NCBI RefSeq assembly: GCF_002310835.1 | Contig: NZ_CP011041.1 | Location: forward strand, 480,001 to 512,000 | Direction: 5' to 3' | Length of the DNA stretch: 32,000 bases | Origin: Pseudoalteromonas tetraodonis | GTDB taxonomy: Bacteria > Pseudomonadota > Gammaproteobacteria > Enterobacterales > Alteromonadaceae | Shown here: piece after piece, positions 1 through 10,701 of the stretch | Layout of the letters: the number at the start of each line of letters is the position of its first letter | Numbering within the stretch: the stretch's first letter is position 1 | Notes under the pieces: model-generated | The model's input: the letters and a program-made list of their open reading frames with translations, nothing else | Told to the model about the DNA's origin: nothing | The model's database searches: none | Program-made: the position numbers and the translations under genes

Positions 1-768
1 AGTATTTGTAAGCAAGCAATAGCAAACCCTAAGCAAGACTTAGACTTAGACTTTGTAAGGGTAGATAAAGATATATTTGAAACCTGTCCTGATGACTCTA
101 TTGATTATGCGGTAATGGAAAAAAGTCAAAATGTAATGGTTGTTCCAATGGATGCAGGCTGGAGCGATGTCGGATCTTTTTCATCTTTATGGGAAGTATC
201 AGCTAAAGATAATAATAAAAATGTTATAAAAGGCGATGTAATTTCTGTTGATTCGACTAATAACTATATTTACGCTGAAAATAAACTCGTTTCTACAGTT
301 GGGGTTGATAACTTGGTCATTATTGAAACTAAAGATGCCATTTTAGTAGCAGATAAAGATCAAGTACAAAATGTTAAGACGATCGTAAAAAAATTAAAAG
401 ATGCGGGTCGGACTGAGCATAAATTACACCGTGAGGTTTATCGACCTTGGGGTAAGTATGACTCAATTGATTTTGGTAAACGAGATCAGGTGAAGCGAAT
501 TACGGTTAAGCCGGGTGAAAAGCTGTCTATTCAAAAACATCATCATCGTTCAGAACACTGGATTGTAGTATCAGGCACTGCAAGCGTATTAAATGGAGAT
601 AAAACTATTTTAGTAACTGAAGATGAGTCTACTTATATCCCTTTAGGTACAATACATGCGTTAGAAAACCCAGGTAAAATTCCTCTTGAAATGATAGAAG
701 TTCAAACGGGTAGCTACTTAGGTGAAGATGATATTGTACGTTTTGAAGACCGCTATGGTCGAGTATAA
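1..768 (+). CDS. manC: Mannose-1-phosphate guanylyltransferase / mannose-6-phosphate isomerase, C-terminal part (5' end lies upstream of the window)
   Basis: Frame 1 is open from base 1 (..[14 protein letters not shown]..) into the listed ORF. C-terminal cupin motifs [29 protein letters not shown] and [13 protein letters not shown] are typical of ManC/CpsB. It is followed by manB and gmd. Confidence 0.9.
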   Translation, partial: SICKQAIANPKQDLDLDFVRVDKDIFETCPDDSIDYAVMEKSQNVMVVPMDAGWSDVGSFSSLWEVSAKDNNKNVIKGDVISVDSTNNYIYAENKLVSTVGVDNLVIIETKDAILVADKDQVQNVKTIVKKLKDAGRTEHKLHREVYRPWGKYDSIDFGKRDQVKRITVKPGEKLSIQKHHHRSEHWIVVSGTASVLNGDKTILVTEDESTYIPLGTIHALENPGKIPLEMIEVQTGSYLGEDDIVRFEDRYGRV

Positions 769-796
769 TAGGTCGATTCAGTTTAAATAAGTATGG

Positions 797-2248
797 ATGA
801 TAATGAATAAGATATTGGTAAGCACAGATGTTTTAGAACAAAGTGGTGTTACTTTTGGTACCAGCGGTGCAAGAGGATTGGTGACCCAGCTAACATCTAA
901 TGTTTGTGCTGCATTCAGCGTTGCGTTTATTCAAAGTATGCAACAAAGCTTTAGCTTCAGTACAGTAGCACTTGCAATTGATAATAGGCCTAGTAGTTAT
1001 GCAATGGCGCAAGCATGTGCAACAGCGTTACAACAGCGTAACATTCATGTTGTATATTACGGAGTAATACCCACCCCAGCTCTAGCATACAAAGCAATGC
1101 AAGATAATATACCTGCAATAATGGTAACGGGAAGTCATATTCCGTTTGATCGCAACGGGCTTAAGTTTTATCGACCTGATGGCGAAATTAGCAAAGTAGA
1201 CGAACGAGCAATTATTACTGAACAAGTTGAGTTTTTTGAACTTACAGAGCTTGTTGAACTAACTGTAAGTAACCAAGCCACTGAAGAATATATTAATCGT
1301 TACACATCTTTATTTACTAAACAATGGCTTACTGGTAAGCAGATCGGTATATATGAACACTCTAGTGCTGGTCGTGACCTCTACTTTAGAATATTCGAAG
1401 CACTAGGCGCTGATGTTTTTCGTTTAGAGAGAAGTGATAAGTTTGTACCTATAGATACAGAGGCTGTTTCCGAGCAAGACACTATCAAAGCAATAAATTG
1501 GTCAAAAGAATATAATTTAGATATGGTGTTTTCAACAGACGGTGATGGTGATCGGCCCCTCGTATCCGATGAAAATGGAAACTGGTTACGTGGCGATATT
1601 TTAGGCTTATTATGTGCAGACATACTGGGTATTGAAGCCTTATCCGTACCTATTAGTTGTAACACTGCTATTGAAACTAGTCATAAATTTAAGCATGTTG
1701 AAAGAACGAAGATAGGATCGCCATACGTTATTGCTGAGTTTTCTAAGCTATCTAAAAGGTTTAACACTGTTGCGGGTTTTGAGGCTAATGGTGGTTTTTT
1801 ATTAGGTAGTGACGTTCTATTAAATAATAAGCAATTAAAAACACTACCGACTCGCGATGCTATGTTACCAGCTATTATGCTTCTGCTTGCAGCCGATGAT
1901 ACTAAAATTTCAGCCTTAGTAAATGCACTTCCAGAACGATTTACCTACAGTGAGCGAGTTCAAAACTTTGCTACCCAAAAAAGCCAAGAAATTATTTCCC
2001 TAGTCAAAAAGAATCCTGAAAAGCTTCTAGTTAAACTCGGTTTAACCAACATTAAGGTTAATACTATCGATGAAACTGATGGATTAAGAATTGCGCTTAA
2101 AGATGGAGATATTATTCACTTACGGCCGTCTGGTAATGCGCCAGAGCTTCGGTGTTATGGAGAGTCAAATAACTTTCAATCGGCAAAGAAGATTGTTATG
2201 ACCGCATTAAGCAAAATTAAAGAACTTAATACAAATTTAGATACGTAA
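797..2248 (+). CDS. manB: Phosphomannomutase / phosphoglucomutase family enzyme
   Basis: 483 aa. Active-site loop [16 protein letters not shown] (phosphoserine loop), metal loop [11 protein letters not shown] and sugar loop GFEANGG are present. It sits between manC and gmd. The start could also be ATG 803. Confidence 0.85.
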   Translation: MIMNKILVSTDVLEQSGVTFGTSGARGLVTQLTSNVCAAFSVAFIQSMQQSFSFSTVALAIDNRPSSYAMAQACATALQQRNIHVVYYGVIPTPALAYKAMQDNIPAIMVTGSHIPFDRNGLKFYRPDGEISKVDERAIITEQVEFFELTELVELTVSNQATEEYINRYTSLFTKQWLTGKQIGIYEHSSAGRDLYFRIFEALGADVFRLERSDKFVPIDTEAVSEQDTIKAINWSKEYNLDMVFSTDGDGDRPLVSDENGNWLRGDILGLLCADILGIEALSVPISCNTAIETSHKFKHVERTKIGSPYVIAEFSKLSKRFNTVAGFEANGGFLLGSDVLLNNKQLKTLPTRDAMLPAIMLLLAADDTKISALVNALPERFTYSERVQNFATQKSQEIISLVKKNPEKLLVKLGLTNIKVNTIDETDGLRIALKDGDIIHLRPSGNAPELRCYGESNNFQSAKKIVMTALSKIKELNTNLDT

Positions 2249-2305
2249 CTCTTGAATTTGGGTATTATCTAGAAAATTTCCAAATTTTAAGTAAAGGAAT
2301 TAAAA

Positions 2306-3430
2306 ATGACAGAAAAGAAAGTAGCATTAATCACGGGCGTTACAGGCCAAGACGGTTCATATTTAGCTGAGTTATTGTTAGAAAAAGGCTACGAAGTACA
2401 TGGTATTAAGCGTCGTGCATCATCATTAAATACTGAGCGCGTTGATCATATCTATCAAGATAATCACGAGGAAAATCAAAGTTTTTTCCTGCACTATGGC
2501 GATTTAACCGACTCATCAAACTTAACGCGTATTATTAAAGATGTACAACCAGATGAAGTTTATAACTTGGGTGCGCAATCACACGTTGCTGTTTCGTTTG
2601 AATGCCCAGAGTATACAGCAGATGTAGATGCGATGGGCACACTGCGCTTACTTGAAGCAATTCGCTTTTTAGGGCTTGAGAAAAAAACTAAATTCTATCA
2701 GGCTTCAACTTCAGAGTTGTACGGCGAAGTACAAGAGATTCCTCAGAAAGAGACAACTCCGTTTCACCCTCGCTCCCCATATGCAGTCGCTAAAATGTAT
2801 GCTTATTGGATAGTCGTCAATTATCGTGAATCGTATGGTATGTACGCATGTAATGGTATTTTGTTTAATCATGAATCGCCTCGACGTGGTGAAACCTTTG
2901 TAACACGTAAAATTACTCGTGGTATTGCTAATATTGCTCAAGGATTAGAAAGTTGTTTATACCTAGGTAATATGGATGCTTTACGTGATTGGGGCCATGC
3001 TAAAGATTATGTTCGTATGCAGTGGATGATGTTACAGCAAGAAGAAGCTGATGATTTTGTTATTGCAACAGGGAAGCAAATATCAGTGCGTGAGTTTGTA
3101 ACACTCTCAGCTAAAGAAGCAGGCATTGAGCTTGAATTTAGTGGTGAAGGAGTTGATGAGGTAGCAACAGTTAAGTCGATTGCAGGTAATAACGCGCCAG
3201 CTCTTAGCGTTGGTGATGTTATTGTTAAAGTTGATCCTCGATACTTTAGGCCTGCTGAAGTTGAAACGCTCCTTGGTGATCCATCAAAAGCAAAGGCAAA
3301 ATTAGGTTGGGTACCTCAAATTACTGTAGAGCAAATGTGTTCAGAAATGGTCGCAAATGACTTAGATAAAGCTAAGCAGCACGCAATTTTGAAAGAGCAC
3401 GGTTACACAAATTCAGTAGCAGTTGAATAG
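2306..3430 (+). CDS. gmd: GDP-mannose 4,6-dehydratase
   Basis: 374 aa. N-terminal Rossmann motif [27 protein letters not shown], catalytic region STSELYG...[10 protein letters not shown], and [17 protein letters not shown] are characteristic of Gmd. Confidence 0.95.
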   Translation: MTEKKVALITGVTGQDGSYLAELLLEKGYEVHGIKRRASSLNTERVDHIYQDNHEENQSFFLHYGDLTDSSNLTRIIKDVQPDEVYNLGAQSHVAVSFECPEYTADVDAMGTLRLLEAIRFLGLEKKTKFYQASTSELYGEVQEIPQKETTPFHPRSPYAVAKMYAYWIVVNYRESYGMYACNGILFNHESPRRGETFVTRKITRGIANIAQGLESCLYLGNMDALRDWGHAKDYVRMQWMMLQQEEADDFVIATGKQISVREFVTLSAKEAGIELEFSGEGVDEVATVKSIAGNNAPALSVGDVIVKVDPRYFRPAEVETLLGDPSKAKAKLGWVPQITVEQMCSEMVANDLDKAKQHAILKEHGYTNSVAVE

Positions 3431-3441
3431 GTTTAAACTAG

Positions 3442-4368
3442 ATGAAAATTTTATTAACCGGTGCTAATGGCATGGTTGGCAGAAATATTTTAGAAGTAGC
3501 TAAACAGTACGACTATGATTTTTTGTCACCAAGTAGCAGTGAACTAAATTTACTTGATTCTAACTCAGTCAACCAGTATGTAAGCATACACAAGCCCGAC
3601 ATGGTAATACACGCTGCAGGTATTGTTGGTGGTATTCAAGCTAATATGGCACAGCCTGTAAAGTTTTTGGTTGAAAACATGCAAATGGGGCTTAATATTC
3701 TCACTGCAGCTAATAATTCAAATGTTAATACCTTTCTAAACTTGAGTAGCTCTTGTATGTATCCTCGTGATGCTGCAAACCCTTTAAGTGAAGATTTGAT
3801 TTTAAAAGGTGAGTTGGAGCCAACGAATGAAGGTTATGCGCTTGCAAAAGTGACTAGTACACGGCTTTGTGAGTATATTATAAAAGAAAATCCAAACCGC
3901 CAATATAAAACAATTATTCCATGTAATTTATATGGGTGTTTTGATAAGTTCGATCCGAATCATTCACATATGATTCCTGCGGTTATTCGAAAAATAGATG
4001 AAGGGAAGAAAAATAATCTTCCTGAAATAGATATTTGGGGAGATGGCGAAGCTCGTCGTGAATTTATGTATGCAGAAGATCTAGCCGATTTTATTTTTTA
4101 TGCAATAAGAAACTTTGAAAAAATGCCTCAAAACTTGAACGTTGGTTTAGGTACTGATTATTCAATTAATGATTATTACCAAACTATAGCAAAGGTAGTT
4201 GGTTTTAAAGGAAAATTTAAGCATGACTTAGATAAGCCTGTTGGTATGAAGCAAAAATTAATAGACGATAAAAAGTTAAAAGAATTTGGCTGGCACTATA
4301 AAACTAAATTAGAAGCCGGTATTAAGAAAACGTATGAATTTTATTTAAGAGAGTATTGTAATGACTAA
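3442..4368 (+). CDS. fcl: GDP-L-fucose synthase family epimerase/reductase (Fcl/ColC); in this context probably GDP-L-colitose synthase
   Basis: 308 aa, collinear with E. coli Fcl as I recall it (ELNLLDS, GGIQAN, SSCMYP, EPTNEGYALAK, NLYG, NSHMIPAVIRK, WGDGEARREFMYAEDLA, NVGLGTDYSI..IAKVVGFKG). It lies between gmd and colD and overlaps colD by 8 bp. Confidence 0.85.
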   Translation: MKILLTGANGMVGRNILEVAKQYDYDFLSPSSSELNLLDSNSVNQYVSIHKPDMVIHAAGIVGGIQANMAQPVKFLVENMQMGLNILTAANNSNVNTFLNLSSSCMYPRDAANPLSEDLILKGELEPTNEGYALAKVTSTRLCEYIIKENPNRQYKTIIPCNLYGCFDKFDPNHSHMIPAVIRKIDEGKKNNLPEIDIWGDGEARREFMYAEDLADFIFYAIRNFEKMPQNLNVGLGTDYSINDYYQTIAKVVGFKGKFKHDLDKPVGMKQKLIDDKKLKEFGWHYKTKLEAGIKKTYEFYLREYCND

Positions 4369-5533
4369 TTACGCACTAGCAAGCAGCACATGGGATGAGA
4401 ACGAGTATTCTGCAATTCAAAGAGTAATAGATTCTGACATGTTTACCATGGGTAAAGAAGTTGCTCAATACGAAAAAGATTTCGCTGAGTTTTTTGGTTC
4501 GAAATATGCGCTAATGGTCAGTTCAGGTTCGACAGCTAATTTATTAATGATCGCCGCATTATTTTTTACCAAAAATGAGTCTTTAAAGTTAAAACGTGGT
4601 GATGAAGTAATTGTACCTGCCGTCTCTTGGTCGACTACTTACTTCCCATTGCAACAATATGGCTTAAAAGTTAAGTTTGTAGATATAGATCGCAATACTT
4701 TAAATATGGATCTAGACAAATTAGAAGCTGCTATTACAGATAAAACACGAGCTATTTTGTCGGTAAATTTATTAGGCAACCCTAATGACTTTAATCGCAT
4801 GAACGAAATTATTGCAGATCGTAACATTTTTGTTTTAGAAGATAACTGTGAGTCAATGGGCGCAACCTTAAACGGTAAGCAAGCAGGTACATTTGGTGTT
4901 ATGGGGACGTTTAGCTCATTCTTTTCTCATCATATCGCCACAATGGAAGGTGGTTGCGTAGTTACGGATGATGAAGAACTTTATCATATCCTTCTTTGTA
5001 TTCGAGCCCATGGTTGGACGCGTAACTTACCTAAATTTAATAAAGTCAGTGGCGAGAAAAGTGATGACCCATTCGAAGAGTCATTTAAGTTTATGTTACC
5101 AGGCTACAATGTACGTCCACTTGAGATGAGTGGTGCACTAGGAATAGAGCAGCTTAAAAAATTACCTCGTTTTATTGAAATGCGTCGTGAAAATGCAAAG
5201 TTATTCCAATCATTATTTGCTAATCATCCTTATATTGATATTCAGCAAGAAACGGGCTTAAGTAGTTGGTTTGGTTTTTCATTAATTTTAAAGGAAAATG
5301 CACCATATACCCGTGCCGATTTAGTTAAATTACTAACTGAAAATGGTATTGAATGCAGACCAATTGTAACTGGTAATTTCTTAAAAAATAAAGAAGTACT
5401 TGAGTACTTTGACTATGAAGTCGCTGGTTCATTAGAAGCTGCCGAATATTTAGATGAAAATGGTTTATTTGTGGGTAATCATCAAAATAGTATTACTAAA
5501 GAAATTAAATTGTTAGCAGATAGCCTTAGCTAA
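4361..5533 (+). CDS. colD: GDP-4-keto-6-deoxy-D-mannose 3-dehydratase (ColD), DegT/DnrJ/EryC1 aminotransferase fold
   Basis: 390 aa, near-collinear with E. coli ColD as I recall it (NYALASSTWDENEY, MVSSGSTANLLMIAALFFTK, VPAVSWSTTYFPLQQYGLKVKFVDID, LEDNCESMGAT). The usual PLP-lysine position carries His (SFFSHHIATMEGG), which is the ColD hallmark. Confidence 0.85.
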   Translation: MTNYALASSTWDENEYSAIQRVIDSDMFTMGKEVAQYEKDFAEFFGSKYALMVSSGSTANLLMIAALFFTKNESLKLKRGDEVIVPAVSWSTTYFPLQQYGLKVKFVDIDRNTLNMDLDKLEAAITDKTRAILSVNLLGNPNDFNRMNEIIADRNIFVLEDNCESMGATLNGKQAGTFGVMGTFSSFFSHHIATMEGGCVVTDDEELYHILLCIRAHGWTRNLPKFNKVSGEKSDDPFEESFKFMLPGYNVRPLEMSGALGIEQLKKLPRFIEMRRENAKLFQSLFANHPYIDIQQETGLSSWFGFSLILKENAPYTRADLVKLLTENGIECRPIVTGNFLKNKEVLEYFDYEVAGSLEAAEYLDENGLFVGNHQNSITKEIKLLADSLS

Positions 5534-5582
5534 AAACCAATTGTAACTATATTAGAACCTTTATTTTATATGGATTGTTAGT

Positions 5583-6182
5583 GTGTTATTAATATTAAAA
5601 AGTATTGCGAGTAAGCTTTATCGTCAAATTAGGTTGATCTTCTCCCAGCGAGATAACCGAATATTTAGTTATAATGTAAGCTTAAAGTCTCTTAACGGTA
5701 GTAGTATTGAAGTTAAAGAGGATACTTTTATAGATTCAAACTCAACTATTGGTTCGTATAGTTACATTGGACGGCATTGCTCTATTAGTAAATCATCAAT
5801 TGGAAGATATTGCTCAATTGCAAATAATGTTTCAATAGGGCAAGGTGAGCACGACTTAAAGGAAATAAGTACAAGTAGTATCTTCTATCATTCGCCATAC
5901 GATTTACTCACAAGTAAAAGTTGCAAAATAGAGGATGATGTTTGGATAGGAGTTGATGTTATCATCTTACGCGGTGTTACAATTGGCACTGGTGCTGTTG
6001 TAGGGGCAAACTCTGTTGTTACTAAAGATGTGCCACCATTTGCGGTGGTTGTAGGATCGCCAGCAAAACTAATTAAATATAGATTTGATGAAGATAAAAT
6101 AACTGCAATTTTAAAAAGTAAATGGTGGAATGAGAAACCTGAAATGGCGAAAATAATATTTACTGAGTTAAATAAAAAATGA
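5583..6182 (+). CDS. Hexapeptide-repeat (left-handed beta-helix) acetyltransferase, probable sugar O-acetyltransferase
   Basis: 199 aa with a GTG start. Hexapeptide repeats are visible ([14 protein letters not shown]; [45 protein letters not shown]). It overlaps the next gene by 4 bp (ATGA). Confidence 0.8.
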   Translation: MLLILKSIASKLYRQIRLIFSQRDNRIFSYNVSLKSLNGSSIEVKEDTFIDSNSTIGSYSYIGRHCSISKSSIGRYCSIANNVSIGQGEHDLKEISTSSIFYHSPYDLLTSKSCKIEDDVWIGVDVIILRGVTIGTGAVVGANSVVTKDVPPFAVVVGSPAKLIKYRFDEDKITAILKSKWWNEKPEMAKIIFTELNKK

Positions 6183-7198
6183 AAGCATCCTTAGTAATAG
6201 ATTACCATTTAAATAATAAAATATTCGATGTGAGTGATAGATCTGTAAACAGAGATGATTATGCTTATAGCATTTGGTTATTAAAACAGAAGTGCAAGAG
6301 CGTGAATATTGAGCTTTCAACATGCGATATTAATAAATTATCAGATTCAGATATGGCCTTTTATTTTGACTTACCCAAGCATGAGGAAAAAGTTGAAACG
6401 GAAATAGCCTATCTTTTTTTATTTGAAAGCGAAGTAATTAAATTAAATAATTGGGAAAAACTAAATCATAATCAATACAGTAAAGTTTTCACCTGGAATG
6501 ATGAGCTAGTTGATAATAAAAAATATTTTAAGATCAATTTCACTCATAAGTTTCCTGAGAGTCGAGAGGCTCATAGAAGTAATCAAAAAAAAATTGCATC
6601 TAAAAAGTTGTGCACATTAATTGCGGGTAATAAAAAAGTTAATCACCCACTAGAATTATACTCAGAAAGAGAGAAAACAATTCGTTGGTTTGAACAAAAC
6701 ACCAATAATGAGTTTGACTTTTATGGAATAGGGTGGCAAAAACATACGTCAAGTAATCGATTATTGCGCGCACTTCTATCTAAAATGAGTTTCTTAAACA
6801 CACTTTTTCCTCCTAGCTATCCCTCTTATAAAGGGCCAGTGGATAGTAAAAAGGCGACATTAAACAATTATAAGTTTGCAATTTGCTATGAAAATGCTCA
6901 ACTAATTCCAGGCTACATAACGGAAAAAATATTTGATTGTTTTTTCGCCGGATGCATTCCAATTTATTGGGGAGCGCCCAACGTTACTGACCATATCCCT
7001 GCTAATTGTTTTATAGATAGACGAAAATTTAACTCTCATGAGGAACTCTACCATTACATCAGTAACATGTCCGAAGTGGAATACAGCGTTATTCTATCAA
7101 ACATAGAGGATTATCTGTTTTCAGAACAATCGACCCCCTACAGAGCTGAAACATTTGCAAAGACGATAGTTAAACATGTCTTAGCTGATTTGAAGTAA
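6179..7198 (+). CDS. Glycosyltransferase family 10 (alpha-1,3/4-fucosyltransferase-like)
   Basis: 339 aa. The C-terminal motif [35 protein letters not shown] matches the GT10 signature (H. pylori FutA-type ..FENS....Y.TEK......IPIYWG). Confidence 0.8.
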   Translation: MKASLVIDYHLNNKIFDVSDRSVNRDDYAYSIWLLKQKCKSVNIELSTCDINKLSDSDMAFYFDLPKHEEKVETEIAYLFLFESEVIKLNNWEKLNHNQYSKVFTWNDELVDNKKYFKINFTHKFPESREAHRSNQKKIASKKLCTLIAGNKKVNHPLELYSEREKTIRWFEQNTNNEFDFYGIGWQKHTSSNRLLRALLSKMSFLNTLFPPSYPSYKGPVDSKKATLNNYKFAICYENAQLIPGYITEKIFDCFFAGCIPIYWGAPNVTDHIPANCFIDRRKFNSHEELYHYISNMSEVEYSVILSNIEDYLFSEQSTPYRAETFAKTIVKHVLADLK

Positions 7199-7231
7199 AC
7201 AGCATTTTATATACAATTTATTAGGTTAATA

Positions 7232-8098
7232 ATGATAAAAGTTAAAGCAATTGGAGGCTTAGGCAACCAACTTTTTCAATATGCGGCAGCCAGATCTATT
7301 GCTGAAAAGCGTAAAGATAAAGTCTTGGTCGATGTGTCTGCTTTTCAGTCTTATGAAACACATCCATTTTGTTTAAATAAGTTTAATTGTAAAGCTACTT
7401 TCGATAATCGGTTAAATCTTAAAAAAAAGTTACTAAGCAATAGTAGAATTAATAAAATACTTTTTAGTTTTGGTTTTTTAAAAAATCACTATATTGAGAA
7501 AAGTTTAAAATTTGATGACTCTTTATCGCAAAATACAAATATTACTCAAATTACTGGTTTTTTTCAGTCAGAAAAATACTTTTTAAGTATCCGTGATTGT
7601 TTGTTAGACGAGTTAACTTTGGTTAACGAGCTCAATGAGTATGAGCTGTCTGTTAGTAATGCAATTAGAAATGCTAAAAATAGTGTATCAATCCATATAA
7701 GGCGAGGTGACTATGTTTCTGATGAGGGGGCTAACAAAACGCATGGCGTCTGTGATAGTGAGTATTTTAAAAAGGCGCTAAGGTATCTTTCGACAAAAGA
7801 AATATTAGATAAAAACACGGAACTTTTTATTTTTTCTGATGATATAAAGTGGTGTCGTAACAATCTAAGTTTTGACTACAAAATGAATTTTGTCGATGGC
7901 TCGAGTGAACGACCTGAAGTAGACATGATATTGATGTCAGAGTGTGAGCATCAAATCATTTCAAATAGTACTTTTAGTTGGTGGGGAGCTTGGCTTAATC
8001 AAAATGAAGATAAAGTTATTATTGCGCCCAAGGTTTGGTTTCAATCAGCCGAGCTGGATTCTACAGATATAATTCCTGATAATTGGGTTAAGTTGTAA
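7232..8098 (+). CDS. Glycosyltransferase family 11 (alpha-1,2-fucosyltransferase-like; possible colitosyltransferase)
   Basis: 288 aa. The three GT11 motifs are present: GGLGNQLFQYAAARSIA, HIRRGDY and SNSTFSWWGAWL. Confidence 0.88.
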   Translation: MIKVKAIGGLGNQLFQYAAARSIAEKRKDKVLVDVSAFQSYETHPFCLNKFNCKATFDNRLNLKKKLLSNSRINKILFSFGFLKNHYIEKSLKFDDSLSQNTNITQITGFFQSEKYFLSIRDCLLDELTLVNELNEYELSVSNAIRNAKNSVSIHIRRGDYVSDEGANKTHGVCDSEYFKKALRYLSTKEILDKNTELFIFSDDIKWCRNNLSFDYKMNFVDGSSERPEVDMILMSECEHQIISNSTFSWWGAWLNQNEDKVIIAPKVWFQSAELDSTDIIPDNWVKL

Positions 8099-8102
8099 TT
8101 AG

Positions 8103-9560
8103 ATGTTGAATATTTTAAGTAAAGTTAATAAAGATATTACAGCATTAGCTATAGGAAAGATGCTACAGGTAACCCTGGCTCTCCTTTCTGTCCGGTTATT
8201 GACAACGTTTTTATCAGAGACACAAATAGGAAGTTATTACCTTTTACTTACTCTATTAACTTTATTTAACTTCGCATTCTTGAACCCAGTTGGCCAGTAC
8301 TATAATAGATATGTTCTTTACTGGAAAAATAATAGTAATTTATCAAATGCTAATGTAATGCTATTTCTTGCCCGCACATTGGGAATTGTTTTATCGTTGT
8401 TTGTAGCTGCATTTATTTTTTATATTTTTGACTATTCTGAATTATTTACAATAGGAAGCTTTCTTTTCTTTATTTTTTTTTCCTTGGCTGCAGGTAGCTA
8501 TTTAGTCTTTTTGAATGTTATTAATCTATTAGGAAATCGCCTTTGTTTTATCAAATATTTATTAGCTTCCCTAATTCTAGGCATTGTTATCGCTATAGTG
8601 ACTAATTTATTCATTAGCAAGACAGGTATGGCTTGGCTGTATGGAGTAGCTATCGCTCAAATTATCTTATTTGTGCCTATGTATAAAGTGATTGGCAACT
8701 ACGATAAAGTAGACGTTAGCTATTTATTCCAAAAAATAAACTTAGCAACGTGTAAAAAGGTACTCATATTCTCTCTACCTGTGACTCTCACTCTTTTTTT
8801 ACAATGGGGTCAAAATAGTTCGTATCGGATCATTGTTGAAGACAAGTATACTGTTGAGGTGCTCTCCTATATTGCAGTCGGTTTAGCTGTATCAACGTCT
8901 ATTTTCACAGCGGTTGAAGGTTTGGCTACGCAGTATTTTATGCCAGATTACTTAAAAAATATTAATAATAGTACTAAAGATACTCGGGCTTTGGCTTGGA
9001 ATTATTTAGCGAGCTATATGATACCTATATATTTTTTATTGATGATTTTTGTAATATGTACTTCCCCTTTTTTAATGACGCTGTTAGTTAATGAAAAATA
9101 TCACAACGCTTATCCTTACGTAATGATAGGTGCTTCTATTGAGTTTTTTAGAGTAACCTCTAATTTGATTTATTTGGTTTCACAGTCAGAAATGAGAACT
9201 AAAACTACTATTTTTCCCTATCTATTAGGTTTTTTATTAATGATGGTTGGCTTATATAGCCTGAGTGAAAGTAGTCCTTTATGGTTTGTCCCTATTATTT
9301 TATCTTTTACATATTTTCTAATTTCTACGCTACTTTTCTTTAATATGAGAAAGCTATTAATAATTAAGATTCCTTTTAAAAGTTTAGGCATAGCTATTAT
9401 TTTGTCATTACCATTTATTACTTTGCTATTTATTAATAGTAATATTGGGCTTGTTGCTAGTTTTATTGCTGTTGGTGCTTTTGGTTGTTTTTTCTTGTTT
9501 TCTAGCTTTCTTATAATAAAAAGAGCTAAAAATAATAACGTATATCTTGATAGAAACTGA
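8103..9560 (+). CDS. wzx: Polysaccharide/O-antigen flippase (Wzx-like, MOP superfamily)
   Basis: 485 aa, very hydrophobic with many predicted membrane segments and no catalytic motif. It sits inside the glycan cluster next to the polymerase candidate. The assignment rests on topology and context only. Confidence 0.6.
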   Translation: MLNILSKVNKDITALAIGKMLQVTLALLSVRLLTTFLSETQIGSYYLLLTLLTLFNFAFLNPVGQYYNRYVLYWKNNSNLSNANVMLFLARTLGIVLSLFVAAFIFYIFDYSELFTIGSFLFFIFFSLAAGSYLVFLNVINLLGNRLCFIKYLLASLILGIVIAIVTNLFISKTGMAWLYGVAIAQIILFVPMYKVIGNYDKVDVSYLFQKINLATCKKVLIFSLPVTLTLFLQWGQNSSYRIIVEDKYTVEVLSYIAVGLAVSTSIFTAVEGLATQYFMPDYLKNINNSTKDTRALAWNYLASYMIPIYFLLMIFVICTSPFLMTLLVNEKYHNAYPYVMIGASIEFFRVTSNLIYLVSQSEMRTKTTIFPYLLGFLLMMVGLYSLSESSPLWFVPIILSFTYFLISTLLFFNMRKLLIIKIPFKSLGIAIILSLPFITLLFINSNIGLVASFIAVGAFGCFFLFSSFLIIKRAKNNNVYLDRN

Positions 9561-9637
9561 TCTTATATAACTACTTATTCAATTATTGGATTTATAAAAA
9601 CTGTGAAAATAAGTGACAAAATGATTAGGCGCTTTTA

Positions 9638-10690
9638 ATGTTATTCTATATTACTATGTTTTTAACTATAGTTATTCTTGGGCTATCAAAATTTAAGTAT
9701 AAAAATTTATCAATGATTTTTATTCTATTTTTAGTATCTGCGCTGCGTTTTGACGTTGGTTTCGACTTTCTTTCATACTACACCTCGATTGTTGAATTTA
9801 AACCTGGCGATATGACGTATATAAGATTTGGCTTACTGCATGGGGCTTTAATAGAGTTTTCTAATAGAATAAATTTTACGCAGCTTTATTTTATAATCAC
9901 CTCTGCGGTCATGTACTTTTTTATTCATTTAGCATTAAAAAACCATAGTAAAAACTATTTTTATTCAGTACTCATTTTTATCTCAATACCTTTTTTTTTC
10001 CTTATGTCGGTTAATTTTATAAAACAATTTACGGCGATGGCGGTAGTTTTATATAGCACCAAATATATTTTAAACCGTAATTTCATTAAATTTTCTTTCG
10101 CTATTATATTTGCTGCTATGCTCCATAGTACTGCGTTGGCTTGTATTTTCTTGTACTTTCTCTATCCTAGAAGAATATCTAGCTGGGTACTAATTTCTTT
10201 ATTCGTAGGTTCTTTCTTCTCTTTTTCTTTAGCACAAAAAGCCGTCGATGCTGTTCTACCATTTTATTCTCATTATTTGCTCGTCAAAGTGGATGGGGGT
10301 AAAGTATTCCAGGTTTTGTTGGTTATCCTTTTTTCTTTATTTATTATTATTAGGCGATTACTTCCGAGCGCAGAAGCTAACTTTTATTTTTATGTTTTTA
10401 CTTTGGGCGCTTGTATTTATAATACGTTTCAGCCTATAGGTTTTTCAGCAACAAGGGTAAGCTATTATTTATTAGTTTATCTGATCTTTTTGGTTCCTTT
10501 ACTAAGTGTCAGGATACGCAAAAATCAATTTTTACTTGTCATTTTGACTATAACTTTTCCCCTTTTTGTAATTTCACTTTATATGAATTCAAAGGTAGGA
10601 ACACGAAGTCCAAGTATACCTTATCAAGTGTTTTTTAATAAAGATATTCATGATATCCGTCCTTATGGATGGGTCAAAAAAGATGAATAA
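9638..10690 (+). CDS. wzy: O-antigen polymerase candidate (Wzy / EpsG family membrane protein)
   Basis: 350 aa polytopic membrane protein. The N-terminal LRFDVGFDFLSY resembles the EpsG-family R..G.D...Y motif. It is very AT-rich and sits in the cluster. Confidence 0.55.
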   Translation: MLFYITMFLTIVILGLSKFKYKNLSMIFILFLVSALRFDVGFDFLSYYTSIVEFKPGDMTYIRFGLLHGALIEFSNRINFTQLYFIITSAVMYFFIHLALKNHSKNYFYSVLIFISIPFFFLMSVNFIKQFTAMAVVLYSTKYILNRNFIKFSFAIIFAAMLHSTALACIFLYFLYPRRISSWVLISLFVGSFFSFSLAQKAVDAVLPFYSHYLLVKVDGGKVFQVLLVILFSLFIIIRRLLPSAEANFYFYVFTLGACIYNTFQPIGFSATRVSYYLLVYLIFLVPLLSVRIRKNQFLLVILTITFPLFVISLYMNSKVGTRSPSIPYQVFFNKDIHDIRPYGWVKKDE

Positions 10691-10701
10691 CAGAGGATTT
10701 A

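Noticed and set aside
1381-4827. Antisense or alternative-frame ORFs inside manB, gmd and colD (1381-1665, 2711-2941, 4639-4827), and similar ones inside wzy, galU, the beta-CASP gene, ppaC, mutM, petA, petC, dolP and diaA
   Set aside because: All are short, lie fully within confidently assigned genes on the opposite strand or in another frame, and have no family resemblance.
10039-10046. ops-like RfaH recruitment motif GGCGGTAG on the sense strand of the glycan cluster
   Set aside because: It lies inside the wzy coding region rather than in a leader. The extended ops consensus (GGCGGTAGnnTG) is not met (ggcggtagtttt). A single 8-mer hit is expected by chance at a meaningful rate in 32 kb on two strands.
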